Of a DNA stretch of 64,000 nt, positions 1 through 10,187 are shown piece by piece. The notes below the pieces were generated by a model, which was not told the DNA's origin, searched no databases, and saw nothing but the letters and a program-made list of their open reading frames with translations. The stretch is from positions 124,001-188,000 of IMG/VR virus record IMGVR_UViG_3300042923_000474. One strand, given 5' to 3'. A program made the position numbers and the translations under genes. Position 1 is the stretch's first letter; each line of letters opens with the position of its first letter.

Positions 1-1
1 G

Positions 2-3000
2 TAGGGCACCTACACCGGGGATTCGACTAAGCATGCCACCAAGGCGACCAACACCAGGGATACGGCCCAGTTTGCCACGCAGCCAACGACCAGCTCCCTT
101 GGTCTTGTTCCAGAGCTTACCCAGTCCTTTCTTACCATGCTCTGCCAAATCAGCAGCATTAGCAGCGTCCTGCAGATCCAACCCACCTTCTTCATCCTCC
201 TCTTTCTTCTTGCCCCCGAACAAACCTTTGAGCTTATCACCCAAAGCGGCCAGTAGCCCACCGCCAGCAGCGGCCTTACCAGCACCCCCAGCACCCATGG
301 CCTCACGATCCTTATCCTTCTCGGACTTGGCGTTGCGCTTGGCTAGGATGTCCTGCCAGCTACCTTCCACGACACCGTCACCATCTCGGTCACCGGTCTT
401 ACGCTTCTTGTTCGCTGGGTTCATCTGGGCGATCTGTTCAAGGATCGCAGTTTGCACCTCAAGTTGAGCCGACAGGATTCCGTTTGCGCCCGAGTCTTCA
501 CTCAGCCAACGGTTGATCTTGCCACCCAATCCAGACAGGGAACTCAACGCCCAGTTGCCGAAGCCCTTGGCACGTTTCAGTACGCCCTTACCGAAGTTCT
601 TGAGACCTGTGTAAAGCTTCTTGCCATTTTCCCACGCAGCATTGCCCATCGCTTTAACGCGACTGACTGCCGTGAGCCAGTTGGCCTTGACCTTTTCGCC
701 GTACTGGTCGACCAAGCCCTTACGCATGTCATCCAATGACAGTACGAGGTTACCCTGCAAGTCCACCACGTCGCCCTTGATGTCGCTGAGCTTGGTGATG
801 ACCTTGTTAGTGGCCTTGTCGATGTACCCGCCGTTCTGCAACACGAACTTGAGCAGACGAGGTGTGTCCTCACCCGCCACGTAGACGTCGTGCAGCTCGG
901 TCATCTTGCCCCAGGCCCAGTCTTTAGCAGACTTGAACGCGCCAGTGATCTTGCCGGCCAAATTACCCCAAGCCCCAGATACCCGCTCAAACAGGTTCTT
1001 GCCCAAGTCCTTGACGTTCTTGATACCGGCCATCACAACACGGCGACCCAGTCGGTCATGCAGACCCTTCTTGATGTCGTCGATGGTCAGGACAATGCGA
1101 GTGGTACCGTCGTCCATCAACTCTTCCACTTCCCCGGTGATATCGGAAAGCTTCTTGATGATTTTGCCGGTGACCTTGTCGCGGTACATGCCCAGTTCAA
1201 TCTTGCGGGCTTCCAGTGCAGCGCGTTCCCAACCCTTGACATAGACGTCAACGATCTGACCTTTCCAGTTGTCGGCAAAGGTAGCGAGCTGCCCCATCTT
1301 GTCCTTACCGAAGGACAACGCCTTGCCTGCTGTTTGACGAGCAGAGGTCAGACGATTGCCGACTGCTTTACGGGCTTTACCGAACATGTCACGAGCGCCT
1401 GTGAGCGCGCGCTTGCCACGGTTCTTCCACACGGCACCTTCGGTACCCAGTTGCTTGCCATTCACGATGAACAGATCGTCAGACACCACCACGTTGGCTT
1501 GTTGACGGCCGTCCGTGAGAATGTCCATGATCTCTTCCAACACCAGCGTTTGATAGCCTGAGTTGTAAGTGTCGTTCATGCTTTGCAGCGCTTCAATGAT
1601 CTTGTCCATACGGGACATGTATTCATCGATTGGACCACAGCATGCATCATCGTCGTTCTTAGCCTTGGTGTCTTGCAGAGCCTTGGCCATGGCTTCGCCC
1701 ATCAGGTTGTAATTGATGGTGCCACCGGTTGGGAGCAGGGGTTGCTTACTGCGGTTCTGTTGAGCCAGCAGCTGTTGGTTGGTGAACTGTTGCAACGAGG
1801 TGGACAGATTGTTGATGGCCTTGTTACCAGCACCTTTACCGCCGCCGCCCCACTGACGACCTTTAGGTGAGTAGGCCCGTGGACCGAAGTCCTGACCCGC
1901 CTGCCCTTCACCCAAACGCAGATCATTGATCGCATCAAGGTTCAGTGTAACGTGGCCGTCCTTCTCATTCAGCAGACCAGCAGCAATCAGTTCTTCCTTG
2001 TACCCCGCATCCACCAATGTTTTAATCATTGGCATTGGGTCTTGGAAGTTGTGACGCATGCCCTGCAGCAGGTTACCAATGTCGGCTTCCTTGTTGTTGA
2101 TGTCTTCCGACGGGCTGGTGAACGAGCCATCCACTTGACGACCAAAGCGTTTGGACAGCAGATCCCGTACCGCAGCTTTACCCGCAGCACTGCCCGGACC
2201 GTACATCGCACCGCCGTTAGCCAAAGCCTTGACGTCGAACTTACGGTTACGCATGTTCAGCTCAGCCAAGTGACGTTGCAACGCTTTACGGCCATCGCCT
2301 TTGAGTTCACCGTCTGGATCAATCTCTTTGATGATCTTGTCCAAACCCTCAACGTTGTACTTGTCCTGGCCTTCGGTCATGAACTGATTGACCACCCGCT
2401 TGACCATGGACTTGGAATCGGTAAAGACTCCAGAGGTCGCGTCGTAGCGAATCATCGGCACGTCTTCATCACCCGTACGGAACTTCACCACCTCATGGTG
2501 GATACGGGCAAGCAAGCCTGGGATGACATCAATGATGGAGCGGTTGGTCAACTGGTTGAAGTTGTCCGGCATATGGCCTTGTTGTAGGTCATTGCCTTTA
2601 AGCGAGGTTTCCAGTTGAGTCGTGTGCAACAACGAACGGCCCAAGTCCTTGAAGAACCCTTTAACGGTGCCATCGTTCTCACGCTTACCAGCCTGCTCAT
2701 CCAACCAGCGGCCACCGTTGGTCATGACGTTACGGAACATGCCCTGACGGGAGTTGAACTTGTCGTGTTGACCGAACTTCGCCTTGACGCGGTCACCGTA
2801 CTTGTTAACAACCCAATCAGAACCCACACCCAGACCCAAGTCGAGAATGGTTTGCAGGCTGTCGTCTTCACCACCCTGCTGCTTCAACTCGTTCTGCATC
2901 TGGATGACGTCACCAGCGGCATCAGCACCGCCACGGAAACCATCACGAGCCGAACGCAGTTTGTCACCAATGGTACGGGTAACGCGGCCTTTAATGTTGT

Positions 3001-3901
3001 TGGTCGTCTTGGCCAGGTAATCGCCTAGATTACCCGAGAGTGCCTGCGACACCTGACCCAGCAGACGCTGTTGAGTCAGTCGGGTGAACTCTTCAGACTT
3101 GGTGATCTTCACAGCCTCAGGCAAGGCGGTGTTCTTGACGATCAGGTCCAAGCGGTTCAATGTATCGGCGGTGGCTCGGGTGACGTTGTCCACCAAGTCG
3201 GCCATCATGAAGTTTTGGTTCAGCTGCAGTTCAAGCGACTTGCGCTTCCAGCGAGCATCCACCCCTTCATTGTAATCGCGCAGTTGCCGCAGCGTGGTGT
3301 CCATCGACCCGAACGCGGCCATCTGCGTGGTGAAGCGTTTACGAACGTTGACTTCACCTGCAATCCGACGAGCCTCAGCGGTTTCCTTATCGGCAACGGC
3401 TTGGTCATTCTGGATGCCCATGATCTCGTCAAGTTTGGACGCAATGTCTTCTTGACGCTCTTGTTCCTTCGACTTGTAATTGCCGTAGGAATCATCTTCC
3501 CCGGCTATCTTGTCAAGGAACTTGCCTAACTTATCAGGGAGACTCCCCCGCACTTTTGGCAAAGTACGACGAAGGGTTTTTTGCATGTCGGTCTTGGTCT
3601 TTTGGACCTCGCCCATGTTGACATCAAAAATATCTTTCATGCTGGAGGCAGTATCGAAACCTACCCCGACAACATCGCTGTAAGCCCCTGGCATTGTTTT
3701 CGTCAGAGTCTTACGGATACGACCAGGGTCAGCTATCGTCTTGCCAACAGACTTCATTGCGGTGGAGGCGACTTTGCGCACTGGAGATCGGTCGTCCTTT
3801 GGTTCTTCGAAAGCATCATCGAAGTCAAAGTCCGGCCAATCCAGGTCGTCCATGTTGTCGATATCGAAGTTGATATCTCCACCCTTATCTTTTTTGGCCA
3901 T
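2..3901 (-). CDS. Giant tail tape-measure / virion lytic transglycosylase protein, 5' ~1300 codons (phiKZ gp181 / SPN3US gp239-like); 3' end lies outside the window
   Basis: Manual translation from ATG 3901 (in-frame ATG also at 3913) gives MAKKDKGGDINFDIDNMDDLDWPDFDFDDAFEEPKDDRSPVRK. The same frame reads ...GMLSRIPGVGAL at the window edge; I checked both ends, not every codon. It has Gly/Lys-rich amphipathic segments and is divergent from vRNAP beta', as in phiKZ gp181/gp180. The ORF track misses it, consistent with no stop inside the window. Confidence 0.85.
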   Translation of the reverse strand, partial: MAKKDKGGDINFDIDNMDDLDWPDFDFDDAFEEPKDDRSPVRKVASTAMKSVGKTIADPGRIRKTLTKTMPGAYSDVVGVGFDTASSMKDIFDVNMGEVQKTKTDMQKTLRRTLPKVRGSLPDKLGKFLDKIAGEDDSYGNYKSKEQERQEDIASKLDEIMGIQNDQAVADKETAEARRIAGEVNVRKRFTTQMAAFGSMDTTLRQLRDYNEGVDARWKRKSLELQLNQNFMMADLVDNVTRATADTLNRLDLIVKNTALPEAVKITKSEEFTRLTQQRLLGQVSQALSGNLGDYLAKTTNNIKGRVTRTIGDKLRSARDGFRGGADAAGDVIQMQNELKQQGGEDDSLQTILDLGLGVGSDWVVNKYGDRVKAKFGQHDKFNSRQGMFRNVMTNGGRWLDEQAGKRENDGTVKGFFKDLGRSLLHTTQLETSLKGNDLQQGHMPDNFNQLTNRSIIDVIPGLLARIHHEVVKFRTGDEDVPMIRYDATSGVFTDSKSMVKRVVNQFMTEGQDKYNVEGLDKIIKEIDPDGELKGDGRKALQRHLAELNMRNRKFDVKALANGGAMYGPGSAAGKAAVRDLLSKRFGRQVDGSFTSPSEDINNKEADIGNLLQGMRHNFQDPMPMIKTLVDAGYKEELIAAGLLNEKDGHVTLNLDAINDLRLGEGQAGQDFGPRAYSPKGRQWGGGGKGAGNKAINNLSTSLQQFTNQQLLAQQNRSKQPLLPTGGTINYNLMGEAMAKALQDTKAKNDDDACCGPIDEYMSRMDKIIEALQSMNDTYNSGYQTLVLEEIMDILTDGRQQANVVVSDDLFIVNGKQLGTEGAVWKNRGKRALTGARDMFGKARKAVGNRLTSARQTAGKALSFGKDKMGQLATFADNWKGQIVDVYVKGWERAALEARKIELGMYRDKVTGKIIKKLSDITGEVEELMDDGTTRIVLTIDDIKKGLHDRLGRRVVMAGIKNVKDLGKNLFERVSGAWGNLAGKITGAFKSAKDWAWGKMTELHDVYVAGEDTPRLLKFVLQNGGYIDKATNKVITKLSDIKGDVVDLQGNLVLSLDDMRKGLVDQYGEKVKANWLTAVSRVKAMGNAAWENGKKLYTGLKNFGKGVLKRAKGFGNWALSSLSGLGGKINRWLSEDSGANGILSAQLEVQTAILEQIAQMNPANKKRKTGDRDGDGVVEGSWQDILAKRNAKSEKDKDREAMGAGGAGKAAAGGGLLAALGDKLKGLFGGKKKEEDEEGGLDLQDAANAADLAEHGKKGLGKLWNKTKGAGRWLRGKLGRIPGVGRLGGMLSRIPGVGAL

Positions 3902-3964
3902 AGCAACACCCATTGGTCAAAAGTTTCTTAATCATACATTAACTTGAAATCGGTGAAGGGCCTT

Positions 3965-5584
3965 ATGAAAAAGACCATGCTGCCCGCCAACGTCTGGATT
4001 CTTGACACCAATTTACCTAAGGTCAAGAGTCTGCGCACCGTTACCACGTTGGACATCAACGAAGGTGCGACCAGGGTGCTTCACCCTGAGGGACTGTTCT
4101 CTACCCAAATCTTCGGGCGGGTAGGTGCGGATGAGCGCGACACCACATTTGGTAAGATTGATCTGGCCGTGCCAGTCTTCGATCCGACCACGTTTGATTT
4201 GTTGATGTCGCTTAAAGGCTTGTACCCAGCCATTATCAACGAGCAGAAGTACGCCAAGTTCGATGACGTGGAAAAGGACTTCATCGTCTCTGATCCTGTC
4301 AACGGCGATACCGGCTTTGACTTCTTCTTTAAGCACTGGAAGAAGATCCAGTTCACTCGCAACAACTCAGATCGCCGGAACATCAAGATCCAGCAGATCG
4401 AGAAGTACAAGGACGTCGCTGAGATTCGGCACTTCGCTGTTTTGCCAGCCGGGTTGCGTGAAATTGAAGTGAACGATGCAGGGCGTCAGGAAGAGCACGA
4501 GATTAATGAGCTGTACCGTCGTGTGCTCTCCTCTGCGCGTGTTATGAACATCGGCAATACAACGGGCGACATTCGTTCGTTAAACGCCCCACGGCGCTCC
4601 CTGCAGCGTGCCATTCAAGAAGTCTGGCAGTACCTGTTTGACTTCATCGGTGGCAAGCGTGGTTACATGGCCGTGCGCATGGCCAGCCGTCGAGTGTTCG
4701 ATGGTACTCGAAACGTGATTACTGCAATGGACCCGGTACGCGCTGAGATTGGCGTCGGTGAACCATTGGACCTGAACCACACCCAGGTCGGCATCTTCCA
4801 GACTGCCAAAGGCACTCGCCCGATGACCATTGGTCGTCTGCGTAAAGCCATGTTTGACCATGTGTTTGAGAACTCACCTGAGTCCACTCACGCTTGGCTC
4901 ATCAATCCAAAAGACTTTGCCCGTGTGCATGTCAATGTGGGTCACCAACTGAAAGACCGTTGGACCACCAAAGACGGGTTGGGTAAAGTCATCGAATCGT
5001 TCCGTGAAGACAGCCTACGCCAGCGAGCGATAATGATCGCAGGTATGTATGTAGGTCTGGTGTATGAAACAGAAGACACCTTCAAGGTCTTCTACGACAT
5101 GGCCGAGCTGCCGAAGGAATTGGATCGTGCGAAAGTGCGCCCCATGAACTTGACGGATTTCATCTATCTTAACTGTATCGATGATTGGCTCAAGTGCTAC
5201 GTCTTCCCCACCCGCTACCCTGTGGCAGGTGCTGGTTCTATTTATCCATCGAAACCCAGCCTGGTCTCTACGGTGCCGTCTAAGCAGTGCCGTGAACTGG
5301 ATGACAACTGGGAACCGTCGGATCGGGTGATCGCAAGCTACCCGGTTCTGAACGCAGTCTATTACGACTCGATGTCGGTGCACATGGCCATGCTCGTGGG
5401 CCTGTCTGCTGACCATGACGGTGACATGACCTCAGCCAACTATGTATTCTCTAAAGAATCCATCGCCGAACTGCAAGCGCACTTCGACAAGGCTGAAACT
5501 TACTTGAACCCAGATGGTGGGCTGAAGTCCTCCATGGACTACTACACGCTCACGCTGGTAACGCACAACATGAGCCGGAGATAA
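3965..5584 (+). CDS. Virion RNA polymerase beta'-like subunit carrying the catalytic loop (phiKZ gp180-like)
   Basis: GLFSTQIFG, LPAGLR, GKRG, RNVI, RYP and LSADHDGD (the NADFDGD equivalent, DHDGD at 5411-5425). ATG 3965 is preferred over TTG 3944. Confidence 0.93.
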   Translation: MKKTMLPANVWILDTNLPKVKSLRTVTTLDINEGATRVLHPEGLFSTQIFGRVGADERDTTFGKIDLAVPVFDPTTFDLLMSLKGLYPAIINEQKYAKFDDVEKDFIVSDPVNGDTGFDFFFKHWKKIQFTRNNSDRRNIKIQQIEKYKDVAEIRHFAVLPAGLREIEVNDAGRQEEHEINELYRRVLSSARVMNIGNTTGDIRSLNAPRRSLQRAIQEVWQYLFDFIGGKRGYMAVRMASRRVFDGTRNVITAMDPVRAEIGVGEPLDLNHTQVGIFQTAKGTRPMTIGRLRKAMFDHVFENSPESTHAWLINPKDFARVHVNVGHQLKDRWTTKDGLGKVIESFREDSLRQRAIMIAGMYVGLVYETEDTFKVFYDMAELPKELDRAKVRPMNLTDFIYLNCIDDWLKCYVFPTRYPVAGAGSIYPSKPSLVSTVPSKQCRELDDNWEPSDRVIASYPVLNAVYYDSMSVHMAMLVGLSADHDGDMTSANYVFSKESIAELQAHFDKAETYLNPDGGLKSSMDYYTLTLVTHNMSRR

Positions 5585-5586
5585 TC

Positions 5587-8500
5587 ATGGTTCGTTTCGA
5601 AGCATTTAACCGCCGACACGGTTTGATCAGATCTGAGTATCTGAGCATGCCGCGTTTGGCGGACATGGTTAAGGTGGAGTTCCCCGCAGCGTCGGTGATT
5701 CACTATCTGCCTGAGAGCGATGTGGATTGGTGGCCCGAGCCTACGTGGTGGATGATCCGTCAGACCGCTGGCGACATTTGGGTTGAGCATAGCCTTGAGT
5801 TCAATGCGACTCACGGTAAAACCATCCCGGTCACTGGCAGTCCGCAGAACGCTATCCGCAAGTATCACCAACGTTTCCCTACGCTTAAAAAGGTGATCAG
5901 TCAGGACGCAGCCCTGCGCAACGAAATGAGCTGCTTGGTTATCAACCATGCAATCGCCCGTCACTTCCTGAAGTATCAGGGTACTCAGTTCATCGAGTAC
6001 AGCCGCAACCGCAACATCCGTGACAACATCTTCGACGTTATCGCCAAGATGGTTAAGCAGGTAGATCGCCAGCACTTTGTGCCGATCCGCATGCCAACCA
6101 CGTTCCCGGTGTTGAATCAGATCCAAAAGGCTGAGCGTGAAGAGATCCTGACCATTGACTCGGTCAAGCGCTTTACGTCGCTGGAGCATTTGATGTTCCT
6201 GGAGATCTGGCGTTGGTTGGGTGATCCGGGTCCTCGCAAAGGTAAAGGCGGTGAAGACCTTGATCGTGGCGTATTGTCTCAGTTGCTCAAGATTCCAGAA
6301 GACAAGCTCCAACATGTGAACTTCGTGTTCACGGTGCGTGGCAACTGGATGATGTACAACTTGGCGGATCTGGCAGCGCTCAAGAAGATCGAGGCCAACC
6401 CCAAAGGCAAGTGGGAACCTCTGCAGATGCAGAAGCGTTTCCTCAACGCATTGATTCAATTGGTAGAAGCCGGCATCAATGCGGAAAAAAAGCCAGAAGG
6501 GTTGCTCGATCAAGAAGCGCCGGAAGAGCAGTCCAACCAAAAGACAAACCAGGAGATCCAAGCCCACAACGAAGTGATCTTGTCCCAGGTACCGGTGTCG
6601 AAGGAAATCTCGTCGAAGATCGAACGGAACCAGCCATCGACATTGTCGACGATCGGCGTGGACAGCTCCCAAGGAACTACAGTCCTTCCGCGCTCGGTCG
6701 AGGAGGAGGTGGCAGCGAAGGATCAAGCGAGCAAGGAGAAGGAATTATCGGAAGCGTTATCCGCCGCCTCGCAGGGCGCAAAGGTTTCAAGTGATCTGAC
6801 GGACGAGGAAATCGACGCCAACCTTGAAGCACTGGAACGCGTGGAACAGATTCAGCAGGGTGCTGACTTCCATCCGGTGAACCCGAACGCCAACCCATTA
6901 GAGGAAGGCATTCTCTCCCGTGGTCGTGCATTGGCCAAAGACGGGGTGATCTCGGGCGCTGAACTGCGCCGCATTGAGAACCTCGCTGAAGGCTACAAGA
7001 AGATCAAGAACCCCTTCGGTCCTGGTCTGATGCACGAAGCTGCTGTGGTCACGCCTGAAGAGCTGGTGGTTGAGCCTGAGGAGTATCACGTCAAGGGCCC
7101 GATCTTCGATCAGTCCATGCTGTCTTCTTCGGTGCGGGTAGCGAACGCCAAGTACGTCAAGCACACCATGAACAAGGACGTGGTGAACTGCATCCTGAAC
7201 TTCCAGCGTACAGGTTTGGCAGTGACAGGTGTGGAACTGGACAAGTCCAAGTCCATTTTGGGTGAGCAGAACATTCTGTCTATCCGCTGGCAACCAATCG
7301 GTGGGGCTGCTTCTACAAGCCGCATCATCTATCCGGTGGTCAACGAGGAAGGTGTGTTCAAAGCAGGTGGCACCCGCTACCGCATGCGCACTCAGCGTAC
7401 CGACGTACCGATCCGTATTGTGGCCCCTGGCCGAGTGTCTTTGACCAGCTACTATGGCAAGATCAATGTCTCGTTGTCTGAGCGTGAGATCCACAACTAT
7501 GGCCGTTGGTTGACTGACCAGATCAGTGCACTGTCGATGGAGAGCAATGGACCCATCAAGGAGATCCACTTCACCAACGTGTTTGACCGCTCGATCGTAG
7601 CGCCTAAGGCTTACACCCGTTTGGCCCACAGTGTTCACACGATGCAAGTCGGTGACATGAACCTCAACTTCAAGCACAAGGAACGTTTGAACTTCGCTAA
7701 GGAAGCGGAGATCTTTGCACTGGAGCAAGACGGTTCTGTGGTCGTGGGTAAAACCAATCTGGGCCAACTGATCACCATCAACCCTGAGAACCAGTTCGTG
7801 GTCAAAGGGCAGCCTCGTGGGACCATCGAAGAGATCCTGAAACTGGATCAAACCGGTGCACCTCATCAGGTGGCGATGATGCGTCTGCGTGGTCAGTGGG
7901 TTCCGTTGGGCGTGATCATGGCCAGCTACATTGGCCTGTCTGCATTGATCAGTCGAGTAAAGGCTACTGTCCGTCGTGTCAAGGCGGGCGATCGCATGAA
8001 CCTCGAACCCCACGAGTACGCGATTCGTTTCAGCGATGAGTCTCTGGTGTTGGATTCCCGTGAACAGCTGCCGATGTTGCTGCTGTCGGGTTTCCGCTTC
8101 TATCACAAAGAGATCCGTCAGATCAGCGTCTACAGTTTTGACAACAAACCTGCGTACGGCATTCTCCTCGATGCCAAGTCCCGTAACGGGGCGTACACAG
8201 TTGAGTTGGAAATGCTGAACGACCTGTTCGTTGATCCGATGACCCGTGACCTACTCAAGGAGATGAAGGAGCCTACTGAGTGGCAACCTCTGATCATGCG
8301 TGCAGCGCAGCTTCTGCTACAGGACTACGCGCCGGATGAAGTGGACGGGGCGTACATGTTGCTCAAGGGTTACGAGCGTGTACCGGGTGCTGTGTACCGT
8401 GAGCTGGTAGCTGCAACGCGTCAGTACAAGTTGCGTAGCCGTGTGACCAAAGCCTCTATCGACATGAAGCCCACCGCTGTGTGGAATAGCTTTACTGCCG

Positions 8501-9942
8501 ACAGTGCAATCAGTCCGGTCAACGACTGCAACCCGATTGCGGATCTGCGGGCTTCTGAAGCCGTGACCTACATCGGTGCTGGTGGTCGTAGCAAACGTTC
8601 CATGGTGGCTCGTACTCGTAAGTACCATCGCAACGACATGGGTACGATTGGCGAACAAACGGTGGACAGTGGTGACGTAGGTATCAACGTCTACATGAGC
8701 GCCAATCCACGCATTGTCAACACACGCGGTCTCACTAAGCCTGCTCCTAATGCTGACGTGGGCATTTCGTCTTTGGTTTCTACTGCTGCCATGCTGTCTC
8801 CAGGCGCAGACATCGACGATCCAAAGCGTGTGAACTTTATCGGTATCCAGCATGGTTCCGGTATTGGTGCAGTCGGTTATCGCACCATGCCGTACGCCAC
8901 TGGTTATGAGCAGGTCATTGCTCACCGCTCGGGCAAGAAGTTTGCTTACGCGGCCAAAGGTAAAGGCGTGGTGGCCAGCATCAAGAACAACGTCCTGAAA
9001 GTGAAGTACGAGGACGACTCTGTCGATGCAGTAGAAGTGGGCCGGGTGTTCACAAGCGGGGAAGGTCACACTTACCCGAACGACTTGATCTGTACGGTCA
9101 AGGCGGGTGACACAGTGGACGTGGGTGACATCCTCGTTTACAACAACTGGTTCTTTGAGCCGTCGCCTTTTGCACCGCGTCAGGTTACCTACAAGCATGG
9201 CGTCCCTGTGCGAGTGGCCCTGTTGGAATCGGTGAACACGCTGGAGGACAGCTCGCGTATTTCGTCGAAGATCTCTGCGGCGATGCGAGCCTACGAAACT
9301 GAGATCCGTGAGTTGGTGCTGGACTTTAAAGTCACGCTCCACGCACTGGTTGAAGAAGGCGAAGAGGTTCACCCGGACGATACTCTATGTACCATGGAAG
9401 ACCCCACCTCTACGGCGGCGGATCTGTTCTCTGAAGTCGGTGTCAGCTCGCTGCAAATGCTGGTTGACAAGGCTCCACGTGCCAAGCTGCATGGTCGGGT
9501 AGACCGTATCGAGATTGCCTACAACGGTGAACTCGAAGACATGTCGCCTAGTCTGCGCAAAGTAGTGGAAGAGGCTGACCGCAAGCTGCGGAACAAGAAC
9601 CGGGATCTGGGTGATGACGTTAGCGAAGGCCGTGCTGATGAAAGCATGCGCGTCAATAACCAACCACTGCAGATGGACCAGCTCGTCATCCGAATCTTTA
9701 TCTCTCACGGGCGTGACGCCTTCGCGGGCGACAAAGGGGTACTGGGCAACCAGATGAAGTCGGTGTTCGGGCAGGTTATTCCGGGTACGTTCGAAACAGA
9801 GTCGGGTGTTCCACTGGACATGGAATTCTCGGACAAATCCATTGAAGACCGGATTGTTCGTTCGTCTCGTAAGTCGGGCATGATGAATGCTCTGCTGATA
9901 CACACAGGGTCAAGAGGTGTAGCTGCTTACCGGGGCGCGTAG
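5587..9942 (+). CDS. Virion RNA polymerase beta-like subunit (phiKZ gp178-like)
   Basis: 1451 aa. Beta-subunit motifs: YHRNDMGTI...DSGDVG, DDPKRVNF, TGYE, EDS, GDKGVLGNQMKS. Syntenic with the beta' gene. Confidence 0.93.
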   Translation: MVRFEAFNRRHGLIRSEYLSMPRLADMVKVEFPAASVIHYLPESDVDWWPEPTWWMIRQTAGDIWVEHSLEFNATHGKTIPVTGSPQNAIRKYHQRFPTLKKVISQDAALRNEMSCLVINHAIARHFLKYQGTQFIEYSRNRNIRDNIFDVIAKMVKQVDRQHFVPIRMPTTFPVLNQIQKAEREEILTIDSVKRFTSLEHLMFLEIWRWLGDPGPRKGKGGEDLDRGVLSQLLKIPEDKLQHVNFVFTVRGNWMMYNLADLAALKKIEANPKGKWEPLQMQKRFLNALIQLVEAGINAEKKPEGLLDQEAPEEQSNQKTNQEIQAHNEVILSQVPVSKEISSKIERNQPSTLSTIGVDSSQGTTVLPRSVEEEVAAKDQASKEKELSEALSAASQGAKVSSDLTDEEIDANLEALERVEQIQQGADFHPVNPNANPLEEGILSRGRALAKDGVISGAELRRIENLAEGYKKIKNPFGPGLMHEAAVVTPEELVVEPEEYHVKGPIFDQSMLSSSVRVANAKYVKHTMNKDVVNCILNFQRTGLAVTGVELDKSKSILGEQNILSIRWQPIGGAASTSRIIYPVVNEEGVFKAGGTRYRMRTQRTDVPIRIVAPGRVSLTSYYGKINVSLSEREIHNYGRWLTDQISALSMESNGPIKEIHFTNVFDRSIVAPKAYTRLAHSVHTMQVGDMNLNFKHKERLNFAKEAEIFALEQDGSVVVGKTNLGQLITINPENQFVVKGQPRGTIEEILKLDQTGAPHQVAMMRLRGQWVPLGVIMASYIGLSALISRVKATVRRVKAGDRMNLEPHEYAIRFSDESLVLDSREQLPMLLLSGFRFYHKEIRQISVYSFDNKPAYGILLDAKSRNGAYTVELEMLNDLFVDPMTRDLLKEMKEPTEWQPLIMRAAQLLLQDYAPDEVDGAYMLLKGYERVPGAVYRELVAATRQYKLRSRVTKASIDMKPTAVWNSFTADSAISPVNDCNPIADLRASEAVTYIGAGGRSKRSMVARTRKYHRNDMGTIGEQTVDSGDVGINVYMSANPRIVNTRGLTKPAPNADVGISSLVSTAAMLSPGADIDDPKRVNFIGIQHGSGIGAVGYRTMPYATGYEQVIAHRSGKKFAYAAKGKGVVASIKNNVLKVKYEDDSVDAVEVGRVFTSGEGHTYPNDLICTVKAGDTVDVGDILVYNNWFFEPSPFAPRQVTYKHGVPVRVALLESVNTLEDSSRISSKISAAMRAYETEIRELVLDFKVTLHALVEEGEEVHPDDTLCTMEDPTSTAADLFSEVGVSSLQMLVDKAPRAKLHGRVDRIEIAYNGELEDMSPSLRKVVEEADRKLRNKNRDLGDDVSEGRADESMRVNNQPLQMDQLVIRIFISHGRDAFAGDKGVLGNQMKSVFGQVIPGTFETESGVPLDMEFSDKSIEDRIVRSSRKSGMMNALLIHTGSRGVAAYRGA

Positions 9943-9960
9943 CCCCGGTGTTTCTTTTTT
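9929..9960 (+). terminator. Intrinsic terminator
   Basis: ACCGGGGC-GCGTA-GCCCCGGT followed by a T-rich tract; overlaps the stop codon. Confidence 0.75.
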
Positions 9961-9985
9961 GTTCCATTGAAGCTGGAGATCGTCC

Positions 9986-10177
9986 ATGGACGTCAATCAA
10001 ATCCGTCTGATCGAGCACAACACCGCGGTGGTGGCCAACGTGCTTAACGTCGTTACTCTGGCCATTGGTCAGGTGGCTGGCAAACAGGTTCAGCGTAAGC
10101 TGGATCAAGAAACCGTCTCCGATGAAGCACTGACCAGTCTGGTTGCTGCTCGTCTGAAAAACACCCTGAAGTTGTAA
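9986..10177 (+). CDS. Small conserved-position protein (SPN3US gp242-like position)
   Basis: GGAG RBS, 63 aa, lies between vRNAP beta and the head protein gene. Confidence 0.7.
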   Translation: MDVNQIRLIEHNTAVVANVLNVVTLAIGQVAGKQVQRKLDQETVSDEALTSLVAARLKNTLKL

Positions 10178-10187
10178 GGAGCGCCCA

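Noticed and set aside
10-3947. Many ORF-track entries in 1-3.9 kb
   Set aside because: They are antisense or alternative-frame shadows of the single long minus-strand tape-measure gene.
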